Virus record (IMG/VR): IMGVR_UViG_3300044998_001357
Location: 84,784-148,783 of that record
Direction: 5' to 3' (one strand)
Length of the DNA stretch: 64,000 nt
From: a virus
Shown one piece after another: positions 1-9,437 of this stretch; the first letter of the stretch is position 1; each line of letters begins with the position of its first letter. The notes beneath the pieces were generated by a model that saw nothing but the letters and a program-made list of their open reading frames with translations, was not told where the DNA came from and did no database searches. The translations under genes and the position numbers were made by a program.

Positions 1-2
1 TA

Positions 3-1031
3 GACCGCTCGGGTGCCCAGGTCGTGCCGCGAGCGGTTAAGCTCAACCGCGAAAAGCCCCAGTTGCCGGCCCGGGTCGCTGAGCTTGAGGGTCGCTCCTC
101 GCGGGGGTGCGATGTCGTCGTCCAGCACCTATTGCCCCACCAGATGGATAGAAATGGTCGGATGCGCAACATCGGACTGTTTTACAGCGAGACCAGCGAT
201 TTTCGTGCTTCAAGCTGGACGGAACACCTCAACCAGATGGACAAGGTGCTTGTTGCGAACCGCCAACAAAAGGAAGCCTGTCTGGTCTCGGGTGTTCGTG
301 CGCCCATCGAGGTGGTTCCCTGTGCCTTTGATATGGAAAAGTATGCCCGGGCTTACTCCCAGCTAACGGCCCTGCAGCCCTACAAGCAAAGAGGCGATTT
401 TTTGTTTTATACGGTGGGTGAGATGGTCAGACGCAAGAATCTCAGCGCGCTTCTTAAAGCGTTTCATCTGGAGTTCGAGGTTTCCGAACCGGTTCAGCTG
501 GTGATTAAATCCAATGTTCCAGGAGAGGGCGAACAAGAATCAAAGAAACATCTTGAGGCGTTTTGTACCAAAATACGAGAAGGTCTCAAGCTGCACCACA
601 CCAAACCGGAAATCCTTTTGCCCCAGCGGTTTACCACCGAAGGGATGATGCGGCTGCACGCCACTTGTGATTGTTTTGTTTTACCCAGCTACGGCGAGGC
701 TTGGTCCCTGCCGGCCTTTGACGCCATGGCCATGGGCAAAACCCCCATTGTGACTGCGTGTACCGGCTTTCTGGATTATCTGAGCGACTCAGAGGGATGG
801 ATGGTGCCCTGGCAGGCTGAACCGGTGTTTGGCGAAAAGGGTTTTGGCGACCTGTTTACCGGTCATGAAACTTGGTGTAGTGTGAACATTCCCGAATTAC
901 GCCGAGCGATGCGAGAAGCCTACGAAAACCGGGATTTACGAGCAAAGAAGGCGGCGGCAGGGAAGCGGCGGCGTTACGATTTCGCTTACGAGACGGTTGG
1001 GCCACGCCTATTACGCGCGATGGGTGTATAG
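3..1031 (+). CDS. Glycosyltransferase family 4 (GT-B), 5' end truncated by the window edge
   Basis: Frame open from position 3; GT4 C-terminal motifs RRKNLSALLKAF and FVLPSYGEAWSLPAFDAMAMGKTPIVT. Confidence 0.85.
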   Translation, partial: DRSGAQVVPRAVKLNREKPQLPARVAELEGRSSRGCDVVVQHLLPHQMDRNGRMRNIGLFYSETSDFRASSWTEHLNQMDKVLVANRQQKEACLVSGVRAPIEVVPCAFDMEKYARAYSQLTALQPYKQRGDFLFYTVGEMVRRKNLSALLKAFHLEFEVSEPVQLVIKSNVPGEGEQESKKHLEAFCTKIREGLKLHHTKPEILLPQRFTTEGMMRLHATCDCFVLPSYGEAWSLPAFDAMAMGKTPIVTACTGFLDYLSDSEGWMVPWQAEPVFGEKGFGDLFTGHETWCSVNIPELRRAMREAYENRDLRAKKAAAGKRRRYDFAYETVGPRLLRAMGV

Positions 1032-1070
1032 GCGATTGGTTCGAAATCACCTCCTGGTCGGGAGCGTACT

Positions 1071-2015
1071 ATGAGTAAGCGAGAACGTGAACGGCACTGG
1101 ACCCACCTGCGTGATGAATCTATTACCGGGCTTTTTAAGTCAAAAATCACCCCCAAAACAACCAATCAACAACGATACATAAAAGCGCTTGAGAGTTCCA
1201 CGGTAACGATTTGTACCGGCCCGGCAGGAACAGGAAAAACCTACCTGGCCTGTGCGATAGCCGCCAACCTCTTTCGGGAACATAAAATCGAGCAAATCAT
1301 TCTCACTCGACCCATTGTGGGTTGTGATGAGAAAATGGGCGACCTGCCCGGCTCGTTGCTCGAAAAGGTTTCCGAAGATATGCAGCCCATGCTCGATGCC
1401 ATGCGAGAGTTTTTTTCCAAACAGGAGGTCGAGAAGATGCTCCTGGAAGAGAAGCTTCTGGTCGTCCCCTTCAGCAAGATGCGCGGCCGGACCTTCAAGC
1501 GCTCCTTTGTTGTTCTCGACGAGGCTCAGAACACCACCTTTCGTCAGATAAAGATGTTTCTCACTCGACTGGGTGAGAAAAGCCGGATGGCGATTTGTGG
1601 CGACCATACGCAGAGCGACCTGCCCAATCGTGGTGAGAACGCCTTGCTTGAGGTGATTCAGCGTTTCCGGGACCGTTGTCATGCGAGCATCTCGATTGTG
1701 GCCCTGGGACGCGAGGATATTGTTCGCCACGAACTCATTCGGTGGATGGATGAGCGATTGAGCGATTCGGTAACCTACGCGCCTCAACAAGAGCTTCCCA
1801 AAGAAGCTTCTGAGGAAGATGAGTGTCTGGTCAAGTGCCCCGAGTGTCATAGCACCCTTGCCTGCGACCCTGTTGTTCAGGAGCATCCAGACCCCCTAGT
1901 GGAGTGCTGGAATTGTCAGGTCTGTATCCAGTTGCTGGATGAAGAGGGGGAGTATGACCCCCTGGCTGTGGATGAGGTTCCTCAGTTTATCTCGCGAGTA
2001 CCCAAAGATGTCTAA
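1071..2015 (+). CDS. phoH: PhoH-family ATPase with C-terminal zinc-ribbon extension
   Basis: GPAGTGKT Walker A, LTRP, GDLPG, MRGRTF, LDEAQN, GDHTQSDL, DIVRH; tail CPEC...CWNC. Confidence 0.93.
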   Translation: MSKRERERHWTHLRDESITGLFKSKITPKTTNQQRYIKALESSTVTICTGPAGTGKTYLACAIAANLFREHKIEQIILTRPIVGCDEKMGDLPGSLLEKVSEDMQPMLDAMREFFSKQEVEKMLLEEKLLVVPFSKMRGRTFKRSFVVLDEAQNTTFRQIKMFLTRLGEKSRMAICGDHTQSDLPNRGENALLEVIQRFRDRCHASISIVALGREDIVRHELIRWMDERLSDSVTYAPQQELPKEASEEDECLVKCPECHSTLACDPVVQEHPDPLVECWNCQVCIQLLDEEGEYDPLAVDEVPQFISRVPKDV

Positions 2016-2421
2016 CTGGTTTCGTCCCGCCCCGGCACCCACACCACCTGGGCCTCAGGTTCGAGCGGAACTGGTTTTCGCTCACAATCTTCGACGACGC
2101 ACCCCCCTGGTGGAGAATCAGCAACTCCATCAGGCAGCCCAGAACCACGCCACACAAATGGCTCGTCTGGGCCGGCTGAGCCACATCGGCCCTGGCGGTA
2201 GCACTGTACGCTCTCGAGCAGCCCAGGCGGGCTACATTGGACAAATGCTGGGAGAAAATATCGCATTTGGACAAAGGACAGTTAGCGAAGTTATGGCTTC
2301 GTGGATGGGAAGCCCCGGACACCGAAGAAACATCGAGGCGGACTTCCGTGATATCGGCGTAGGTATCGCATTTGATGCTAACGGAAGAATTTACTGGTGT
2401 GTTGTTTTTGGAAGGAGATAA
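2008..2421 (+). CDS. CAP/SCP-domain protein
   Basis: HNLRR, AAQNHATQMA, LSH, GENIAFGQ, WMGSPGHRRNI, YWCVVFG; ATG 2008 overlaps the phoH end. Confidence 0.9.
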   Translation: MSNWFRPAPAPTPPGPQVRAELVFAHNLRRRTPLVENQQLHQAAQNHATQMARLGRLSHIGPGGSTVRSRAAQAGYIGQMLGENIAFGQRTVSEVMASWMGSPGHRRNIEADFRDIGVGIAFDANGRIYWCVVFGRR

Positions 2422-2526
2422 TATACAACGAGGCTCCTTGTTTTTCAGCATTGGTCTGCCCTCGCTCGTATGTGGACCTGCTTCCGGCGTTTAATCTATG
2501 ACAACCATATTTAATTGAGTGATGTA

Positions 2527-3576
2527 ATGGCAAATGTTGTTGGCACCCTCACTCGCGCCGCCACGCGTCGAGACAATGAACCGCTAAATATCCTCACTTT
2601 TCCGACCCACGAGCGCTATCAGTCGCAATTTGCCGAGATGTCCGCGAACTTTTACCTGGTGCGAGCCCCCCAGGTCAAGGACTGGAACCCGACCTACGCT
2701 ACAGTGCCCGACAATCATATCCTGCTCGACCCGGCCCTGGGCGAGAAGCAAATTCCTGCCCATGTCGATTTTGATTTGGTGCTTAGCCAGAACAAGTTTG
2801 GTCAGTATCAGCTAGCTCAGCAGATTGCTCGCTCGTTGCAGCTACCGCTGGTGAGCCTTGAACACACTTTGCCTCACCCGGACTGGTCCCGAGCCAAAAT
2901 TGAAGCCATGAAGCAGCTTCGCGGAGACATCAACGTCTTTATCAGCGAGTATTCGGTGGAGCAGTGGGGCTGGAGACTCGATGACCCCAGTGTCCAGGTT
3001 GTTCATCACGCAGTAAATACGGATGTCTTCTCTCCAAAAATTGAAACATCCAAGAATAGGCATATTTTATCAGTTGTTAATGATTGGATTAATCGCGACT
3101 GGTGCTGTGGTTATTCTCTCTGGCGTGAGGTTGTTGATGGGTTACCCACCCATGTCCTAGGAGATACGCCGGGGCTTTCCTCGCCCGCTCCCAACGTCGC
3201 CGGACTTGCGCTTGCCTATGCCATGTCCGCCGTGTTCCTCAACACAAGCCTGATTAGCCCGGTTCCCACGGCCCTTCTGGAGGCTATGTCGTGCGGGTGC
3301 GCCGTTGTTTCCACGGCCACTTGCATGATTCCATCCATCATCGAGAATGGGGTCAATGGATTTATCTCCAACGACCCGGCGGAGCTTCGCAGGTACTGCG
3401 AGCTTCTTCTGGACGACCCAAAACTCCAAAAGAAGCTCGGGCAGGCGGCACGAGAAACCATTACTCAGCGATTTAGCATCAAACAATTTCTCGGCAGGTG
3501 GGAAGCCATTTTTCGTCACGCTGCCGAGATGGCCTGGACAGGAGAAAAACATGAAAATTCGCATCAATGTTCGTGA
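2527..3576 (+). CDS. Glycosyltransferase family 4
   Basis: VHHAVNTDVF, FLNTSLISPVPTALLEAMSCGCAVVST, IIENGVNGF. Confidence 0.88.
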   Translation: MANVVGTLTRAATRRDNEPLNILTFPTHERYQSQFAEMSANFYLVRAPQVKDWNPTYATVPDNHILLDPALGEKQIPAHVDFDLVLSQNKFGQYQLAQQIARSLQLPLVSLEHTLPHPDWSRAKIEAMKQLRGDINVFISEYSVEQWGWRLDDPSVQVVHHAVNTDVFSPKIETSKNRHILSVVNDWINRDWCCGYSLWREVVDGLPTHVLGDTPGLSSPAPNVAGLALAYAMSAVFLNTSLISPVPTALLEAMSCGCAVVSTATCMIPSIIENGVNGFISNDPAELRRYCELLLDDPKLQKKLGQAARETITQRFSIKQFLGRWEAIFRHAAEMAWTGEKHENSHQCS

Positions 3577-3988
3577 TGGTAATGTAGTATCTCCTGGATA
3601 TGTTGCCGTATCACTGGATGAGCTTGGTATGGCGGTGGACGACGGAGAAGCTACGGAAATCATCGCATATAATGTAATTGATTGTATTTCACACAGGACT
3701 GTGGATGATTGTTTGGATGCCATCTTGCGCAAGCTTGCACACGGCGGACTGCTGGTTATCAGTGCCTGCGATTACCAGGCAGTTGCTCGTGCCATCACAC
3801 AAGGAAGGCTCAATCCCGAAGAGGTCAATGACCTACTGTATGGACCCCAGGATGCGGGTTTCTGGAGTACGCGCAAATCGGCTTACTCTATGGATATGTT
3901 GGTAAATTACTTTAAGCATAAAGGATACACAATTGAATCAGCGCGTTTCGATTTATATCAGGTGGTTCTATCTATTCGGAGGCCATAA
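3551..3988 (+). CDS. Class I SAM-methyltransferase-like protein (short or degenerate)
   Basis: RBS GGAG before ATG 3551; EIIAYNVIDCI...ILRKLAHGGLLVIS resembles the MTase C-terminal motifs; motif I is unclear. Confidence 0.55.
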   Translation: MKIRINVRDGNVVSPGYVAVSLDELGMAVDDGEATEIIAYNVIDCISHRTVDDCLDAILRKLAHGGLLVISACDYQAVARAITQGRLNPEEVNDLLYGPQDAGFWSTRKSAYSMDMLVNYFKHKGYTIESARFDLYQVVLSIRRP

Positions 3989-4191
3989 TGGCTGTATCTC
4001 TAAGACCATTACCAAACAACCAGCATCCGGCGTTTGAAGAAACTATCTACAACCTGTATTGCGATATCTGTCAGGGATGGTTCGGTCGAAAACCCGATGG
4101 AACATGGCCGGACCGATGCCCAGTTTGTGAACCAAACAAGGAACTAAAAAAGAATGAACGAGCTATCTCCCGTCCACACGAGTTGCAGTGA
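3988..4191 (+). CDS. Small zinc-ribbon protein
   Basis: CDIC...CPVC; translationally coupled (TAATG overlap). Confidence 0.6.
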   Translation: MAVSLRPLPNNQHPAFEETIYNLYCDICQGWFGRKPDGTWPDRCPVCEPNKELKKNERAISRPHELQ

Positions 4192-4969
4192 GTGTATCTT
4201 TGCCCAGTATCATGAGAAGTCTCAGATTGGCTGTAACTTTCCCACCGATGAGGGGAGCCGACTTTCCGTTTTCTACAAACAAAACAAGGTTCTGGACGCC
4301 ACCAACAACAAGCTCAACTTTGCGATTATCAACGGTCGCTATTGTGTTGCCAAGCGTGAGTCGCACTGGGGTTCCCAGCGACCTCAGGAAACCTGGGTTT
4401 CGACCGTTCAGAAAGAGCTTGAGCAAAAGGTGGATATTCTGATTCCGGTTCAATCTCACGTCGATACTCTGCGGTTGCCCGAGACCCTGCGAAGCCTTAG
4501 GGAGCAGGAGCTTGCGCCGCACAGCCTGGTGGTGGTTAACAACCAGACCGACGTTCCGGTAGAAACGCTTCATCAGACCATTCAGCAGATGGCCGGTGAC
4601 CTGAACTGGTTTACAACCACCATTGCCGAGCGTACCGAGGAAAATCGTCCGGTGTCGCTGGGACGGGCTCTGGATATCGCCATCCGAAATCTACGGGGAC
4701 ACTTCTACGGCTTTTTCTTTGCCGGCACAGTGATTCCCAAAAACTATGTCTCAACCATTAACCGCAAGGTTCTCAACCTGGAACAGTTCGCCGTCCTTAT
4801 AAGCAAATTCATTCCTGGTCACATGACCGTGGCTCTGTCGTTTCACCGACAGGTGGGTGGATTCCAGCCCACGGAAATCGCCGATGATGTGCTGGCCAAA
4901 GCCAGGCATCTGGCCATGGTCCACGAGACACCCTGGCTTGTTGGTGAACTGGAGAATCTATGCGTGTAA
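4154..4969 (+). CDS. Hypothetical protein, Cys-rich N-terminus plus degenerate GT-A-like domain
   Basis: CSECIFA N-terminus; VDILIPV...TLRSLREQELAPHSLVVVNN resembles a GT2 N-terminus but has no DxD. Confidence 0.55.
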   Translation: MNELSPVHTSCSECIFAQYHEKSQIGCNFPTDEGSRLSVFYKQNKVLDATNNKLNFAIINGRYCVAKRESHWGSQRPQETWVSTVQKELEQKVDILIPVQSHVDTLRLPETLRSLREQELAPHSLVVVNNQTDVPVETLHQTIQQMAGDLNWFTTTIAERTEENRPVSLGRALDIAIRNLRGHFYGFFFAGTVIPKNYVSTINRKVLNLEQFAVLISKFIPGHMTVALSFHRQVGGFQPTEIADDVLAKARHLAMVHETPWLVGELENLCV

Positions 4970-5739
4970 TTGCTATTGTTCCGTGTCACAACCACGAACA
5001 ATGGGTGGGAGATGCCCTCGAGTCTCTGTGGAGGCAGCAGGAACCTCCGTGTGGGGTGGTGGTGGTCAACGATGGCTCCACCGACAATTCGCGTGCTGCG
5101 GTTCTAGGAGGTCTGGTTCAGCACCATCCTCTGAAACTGCCGCTGAGCACCCCGCCTGGGGAGTCGGTACTCGGATTCTGGAAGAGATTGCCGGTGTTGT
5201 ATCTGGGTTACCTCCATGCTCGCGGCCCCTCGTTCGCCCGAAACCGGGGACTGGAGGTTGGGCGGATATTCCCCGATTTTGACAGCGATATTGTGGCATT
5301 TCTGGACTCAGACGACATCTATGAGTTTGGGAAAATCGCTCAAAGCGCTTCGCTTTTGCGTCAGTACGAGGGTGAGGTGGGGGTGGTCTATTCGGACTAC
5401 GACACCATTCGCCCCGATGGGTTGCGCATCCGCCACTTCAAGGAGCCGTTCTCTCGTCGTCGTCTGCTTCAGGAATGTATTGTCAATTGCGACTCTCTGG
5501 TGTTGCGCAGTGCCCTGGAAAAGGTAAATGGTTTTGACGAAGAACTTCGGGTCTGCGAAGACTACGATTTGTGGCTTAGAATTAGCGAGCATTATGCCAT
5601 TATGCATGTAGCCCATTCGCTGGTAACCATTCGGGTTGGACCTCATAGTTCGACCACCAAGGTTCGCTCGGAGATTTGGCAGAGGTGCTGGCAGCGAGTG
5701 GCCGAAAAAACAAATCAGCGAAACCAAAGAATATGTTAA
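4960..5739 (+). CDS. Glycosyltransferase family 2
   Basis: IVPCHN, VVVVNDGSTD, FARNRGL, FLDSDD, GFDE, EDYDLWLR. Confidence 0.93.
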   Translation: MRVIAIVPCHNHEQWVGDALESLWRQQEPPCGVVVVNDGSTDNSRAAVLGGLVQHHPLKLPLSTPPGESVLGFWKRLPVLYLGYLHARGPSFARNRGLEVGRIFPDFDSDIVAFLDSDDIYEFGKIAQSASLLRQYEGEVGVVYSDYDTIRPDGLRIRHFKEPFSRRRLLQECIVNCDSLVLRSALEKVNGFDEELRVCEDYDLWLRISEHYAIMHVAHSLVTIRVGPHSSTTKVRSEIWQRCWQRVAEKTNQRNQRIC

Positions 5740-6431
5740 CCCAGAAAGAGATACCATTCTATGAGTGGTTAGATATTATCATTCCTGTGGCGGGTTCTCG
5801 CCTAAGTTCCTACGGCGGGGTGGGTTCTATTTGGTTGGGTAAAGAGACGGTCCTTCAGCGTCAGATTCGTTTATTAGACGGGGTCTTTCCCGGTGCGAGA
5901 TTTTGGATTGTGGTAGGAAAGGGGGTGGAATTGCCCCCGCTTCCTCCCTCGGTGACGGTCCGGGTGGTTCGCAACAACGACCCCAACAGCAATGTCTCTC
6001 ATAGTATTCGGCTGGCCGCAGAGCAAACCCAACCCCCCAATACGTGCTTAATCATCTATGGGGATTTGGTCTTTAGTCGGTCCTTTCTAGACCGCTTGGA
6101 TATTCGGCGTTCCATTGCCGTCTGCTCCAGAGGGAGCGAAGAATCCGACCACATCGGTATCACCAATCTAGAGGGGCCCATCGAGATTTTCTCCTACGGG
6201 TTGCCCCATCGCTGGCTACAGATTTGTGTTTTGCAGCCGCGAGAGAAAAAGCTTTTCGTCAAAGCGGCGTCGGAATCCTACCGCAAACGGTTTTTGGGAC
6301 ATGAGATTCTTAACGAGGTCATCGAGGCCGGAGGTAGTCTCGATGCGTGGACCCCCTCTATTTCTTTGGTCGATATCGACAGTCCTCGGGATATCCCCCG
6401 TGCGGTGAGACTGACAAACCGCGAGGATTGA
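5733..6431 (+). CDS. Sugar/phosphocholine nucleotidyltransferase-like protein (NTP_transf/LicC-like)
   Basis: IIIPVAGSRLSS, ETVLQRQI, LIIYGDLVF, LVDIDSPRDI. Confidence 0.7.
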   Translation: MLTQKEIPFYEWLDIIIPVAGSRLSSYGGVGSIWLGKETVLQRQIRLLDGVFPGARFWIVVGKGVELPPLPPSVTVRVVRNNDPNSNVSHSIRLAAEQTQPPNTCLIIYGDLVFSRSFLDRLDIRRSIAVCSRGSEESDHIGITNLEGPIEIFSYGLPHRWLQICVLQPREKKLFVKAASESYRKRFLGHEILNEVIEAGGSLDAWTPSISLVDIDSPRDIPRAVRLTNRED

Positions 6432-6481
6432 CTACCTGAATTTCCGGGTGATACTCCGTCCTGGAATTCAGGAGAAGCACC

Positions 6482-7522
6482 ATGCGAGTTTTGTGTGAAT
6501 TCACGCCGTGCGGACCATCGTATGTTCGCTCGGGGTGGGGTCGAGTTTTTCAAGCTCTTGGTCATGAGTTTGTTTTTTGGAATCCGCAAACCAAACCAGC
6601 CTTTGATATGTTTGCAGAGTTTGAACCCGACCTTTTTCTGGGTTGTACCTACTCGGTTGACCGCGCAGTTTACAAATGTATTGCCTCCCGACCTCAGATG
6701 AGGGTCGCCCTATTTGCCAGTGCGTGGGGTCATTACCTCCGGGATGTTAATTTGGAGCAGTACCCTCTGGTGGTGGTCACCGAGCAGGAAAAGCGCACCA
6801 TCGAGCAACTCAAGAAGCAAACCGGCCGACCGGACTTTGTGTTTATCCACGCTCACGGCCCCTGGCTGGAGGGGACACTCTCCGGCTGGAAGGAAATTGG
6901 TGTCGATACCTGCGGCATCCTCAACGCGGCGGATGTCTTTGTTTACGCCAACAGCGTGTCGCGACCCGAGTTGGCCTGCGACATCGGTTTTGTGGGGGGT
7001 TACTGGCCCTACAAGGCCCGTAATCTCGACCGCTATCTGTTGCCTTTGTGTCACCCGCAGAAGGGTCTCAACATCCGAATCTTTGGTAATCAGCCCTGGC
7101 CGGTCCATTCCTACCTAGGTACTTGCGACGACCGTATTGCTCGCGACCTGTTTGCCTCGGCCACCGTCTGCCCCAATATCTCCGAACCCCACAGTACCGA
7201 TTTGGGCTGGGATGTGGTCGAGCGAGTCTTCAAAGTGCCCGCAGCGGGTGGGCTTCTGGTTTGCGATGCGGTCCAGGAGGCAATCGACCTCTTTGGGGAT
7301 GATTTGTTGGTGGTGATTAGCCCCTTTGAACTGGAAGAGGCTGTTCAACATTTCAAGAAAAACCCCCATCTGCGGCAACACTATATCAAGCGAATGCAAG
7401 AAAGGGTTCTGATTGAGCACACCTATCATCATCGTGTTGCGACCATGCTCAACAAGCTGGATATGCCGGATGAAGCCGAGAAGTGCATTTTACACCTTAA
7501 ATCCATGATTGGGAGTATCTAA
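6482..7522 (+). CDS. GT-B glycosyltransferase (CgeB/Glyco_trans_1_2-like)
   Basis: CDIGFVGG, PNISEPH, ERVFKVPAAGG, EHTYHHRV. Confidence 0.8.
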   Translation: MRVLCEFTPCGPSYVRSGWGRVFQALGHEFVFWNPQTKPAFDMFAEFEPDLFLGCTYSVDRAVYKCIASRPQMRVALFASAWGHYLRDVNLEQYPLVVVTEQEKRTIEQLKKQTGRPDFVFIHAHGPWLEGTLSGWKEIGVDTCGILNAADVFVYANSVSRPELACDIGFVGGYWPYKARNLDRYLLPLCHPQKGLNIRIFGNQPWPVHSYLGTCDDRIARDLFASATVCPNISEPHSTDLGWDVVERVFKVPAAGGLLVCDAVQEAIDLFGDDLLVVISPFELEEAVQHFKKNPHLRQHYIKRMQERVLIEHTYHHRVATMLNKLDMPDEAEKCILHLKSMIGSI

Positions 7523-7524
7523 AA

Positions 7525-7839
7525 ATGGAGATGGAAACAGTTCGTCAGTACGACCAAGACCGCTGCCTTCTTCGGTTTAATAACGGCTATGTGGTGGAGG
7601 CGGCCGTTCTTATCTGCCGGGACGAGCACGGCAATCCGGATGTCGACGAACGCCGAATTACCCTGGTCGACCCGTGTGATGGTCAGCCCAATATGCGGGT
7701 GGTTGTGGAAGCTACCGTATCCCGAAGCAAAATCCGGCATGTGGGAATTGCGCTCATTGGCACGCGAATACTCTCGATGAGGGTTGGGGTAAGTGCACGT
7801 CAGTCACCAAAATCGATATGTACGAAAACCCCAAGGTAG
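7525..7839 (+). CDS. Hypothetical protein
   Basis: 104-aa ORF directly after the previous stop, same strand. Confidence 0.55.
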   Translation: MEMETVRQYDQDRCLLRFNNGYVVEAAVLICRDEHGNPDVDERRITLVDPCDGQPNMRVVVEATVSRSKIRHVGIALIGTRILSMRVGVSARQSPKSICTKTPR

Positions 7840-7918
7840 GCGCGCTCTTCCATATTCGTACTCATAAAACGGAAGACGAAACCAAACGAATTTTTGGTGC
7901 GCGGCATTCACACAAGCC

Positions 7919-8161
7919 ATGACACGCTCGGATGCCGTGAATTTCCAGGAAATGCTCTTCGGTCGGGCCATGCTCACCGATATCTGCATGGCCCTACGTA
8001 GTGCCTGCAACGGCTCCGCAGACCCCTGGACGGATTACAAGAAGAGTCAGACTATTCGCTTGCTGAAGGCACGTCTGGCCACCTGGCAACTACCCAGCAA
8101 CGAGGTGGACGAGGCGGTGAAACAACTGGTTTGTGCAACCCTGAAAGAGGTGGGTGCGTGA
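7919..8161 (+). CDS. Hypothetical protein
   Basis: 80-aa ORF coupled to the next gene. Confidence 0.55.
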   Translation: MTRSDAVNFQEMLFGRAMLTDICMALRSACNGSADPWTDYKKSQTIRLLKARLATWQLPSNEVDEAVKQLVCATLKEVGA

Positions 8162-8352
8162 TGAGTGGTCAAGAACTTCTTCCTCTGGATAAACAGTGGT
8201 GTGTGGTTCGCACCACCGGTGGTCAAATTTATACCGGAACCATCCATGTTCAGGGGGAGCAAATTCTATTGCTGACGCCCGTGAGTCATGTCATGTTCCC
8301 TTGCGAGGCCATCGCCTTTGCCGAGGCGGTCGCATCCCTCGCTCCTGGTTGA
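8161..8352 (+). CDS. Small hypothetical protein (possible Sm/SH3-like beta fold)
   Basis: RBS GAGGT, TGATG overlap; VVRTTGGQIYTGTI pattern. Confidence 0.5.
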   Translation: MSGQELLPLDKQWCVVRTTGGQIYTGTIHVQGEQILLLTPVSHVMFPCEAIAFAEAVASLAPG

Positions 8353-8430
8353 GTGAAACTCATCGGGATACTTTTGGTTGTCTGTTTTAGGAGAAAACAT
8401 GAAGTTAGAACGACTCTCAGGAAGGAGACC

Positions 8431-8568
8431 GTGAATCGTCCGACCAGGACCAGCAGGTCGTCGACGCCGGCGGTGGTCCTTACCCAGCGATGGGCACTCA
8501 ATCTTGAAGAGATTGACGCGTTTGCAGATAGGCTAAAAAGGTTAATCAAAACAATCGATGTAATATGA
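8431..8568 (+). CDS. Small hypothetical protein
   Basis: AAGGAG before GTG 8431; stop overlaps the next ATG (ATGA). Confidence 0.35.
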   Translation: MNRPTRTSRSSTPAVVLTQRWALNLEEIDAFADRLKRLIKTIDVI

Positions 8569-9437
8569 AAGTAAAAGCATCAATCTTGATTAGTTCGTAT
8601 AATCGAATTAACCTGTTCAGGCGTACACTCGCGTCCATCGCGCGTTATGGGCCTGGGGTGCCTTTTGAGGTGGTGGTGGTCGATGACGGCTCCTCCGAGG
8701 ATATCCTAGGTCTTTTGTCCGAATTTTCCTCGCGGTTCTGGTGGAAACTAGTTCGGTTTGACGCCCGGGTCTTTGAGCAGACGACCGGATTAACAAAGTT
8801 TCACAACAACCCCTGTGTGACCAATAACATCGCCTTTCGTCATGCTGAGGGCGACTGGCTCTTCCAGCAGGGCAACGAAGTGATTGCCCAGCCTGGGGCT
8901 TACGACAAGCTGATTGCCGACATTCCCAACGGCCCTTACTGGATGGTGATGTCGACCACTTACGACATCCCTAAGAGTGTGGTGGACCATCTGGGTCCGT
9001 ATGGGGAAAATATCACCCGGGGGCTGGTGGCTTACCTAGAACGCTTTCCGTTGCAGTCGGCGAGTTACCGCAGCGACGTGACCAACTATCTGAGCCTAGC
9101 CTCACGAGAGCTCTGGCAGGAACTGGGGGGTTACGACGAGCGATACTACGGCGGGATTAGTGCCGAGGACTCAGACTTTGTTCGCCGGGCACGGGCTATT
9201 CCGGGATTCACCCAAATCATCAGCACCGCCACCTCGTTGCATCAGTATCACCAGGGCAAAACCTGTTACTACGACCCACCGGCCGACATCATCACTCCGG
9301 AGCGCTGGGAGGAAGGGGTACGTCTCAATCACGCCATTTACCACCAGTGGGACGGCACGCCGCGCAACCCACAGGACTGGCCAATGGGGTTTTTTGGGGT
9401 GAGTCAAGTGATTACCAATCGTTCGGAGGTGCGATGA
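8565..9437 (+). CDS. Glycosyltransferase family 2
   Basis: SILISSYNR, EVVVVDDGS, GGYDERY, AEDSDFVRR, HQYH. Confidence 0.9.
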   Translation: MKVKASILISSYNRINLFRRTLASIARYGPGVPFEVVVVDDGSSEDILGLLSEFSSRFWWKLVRFDARVFEQTTGLTKFHNNPCVTNNIAFRHAEGDWLFQQGNEVIAQPGAYDKLIADIPNGPYWMVMSTTYDIPKSVVDHLGPYGENITRGLVAYLERFPLQSASYRSDVTNYLSLASRELWQELGGYDERYYGGISAEDSDFVRRARAIPGFTQIISTATSLHQYHQGKTCYYDPPADIITPERWEEGVRLNHAIYHQWDGTPRNPQDWPMGFFGVSQVITNRSEVR

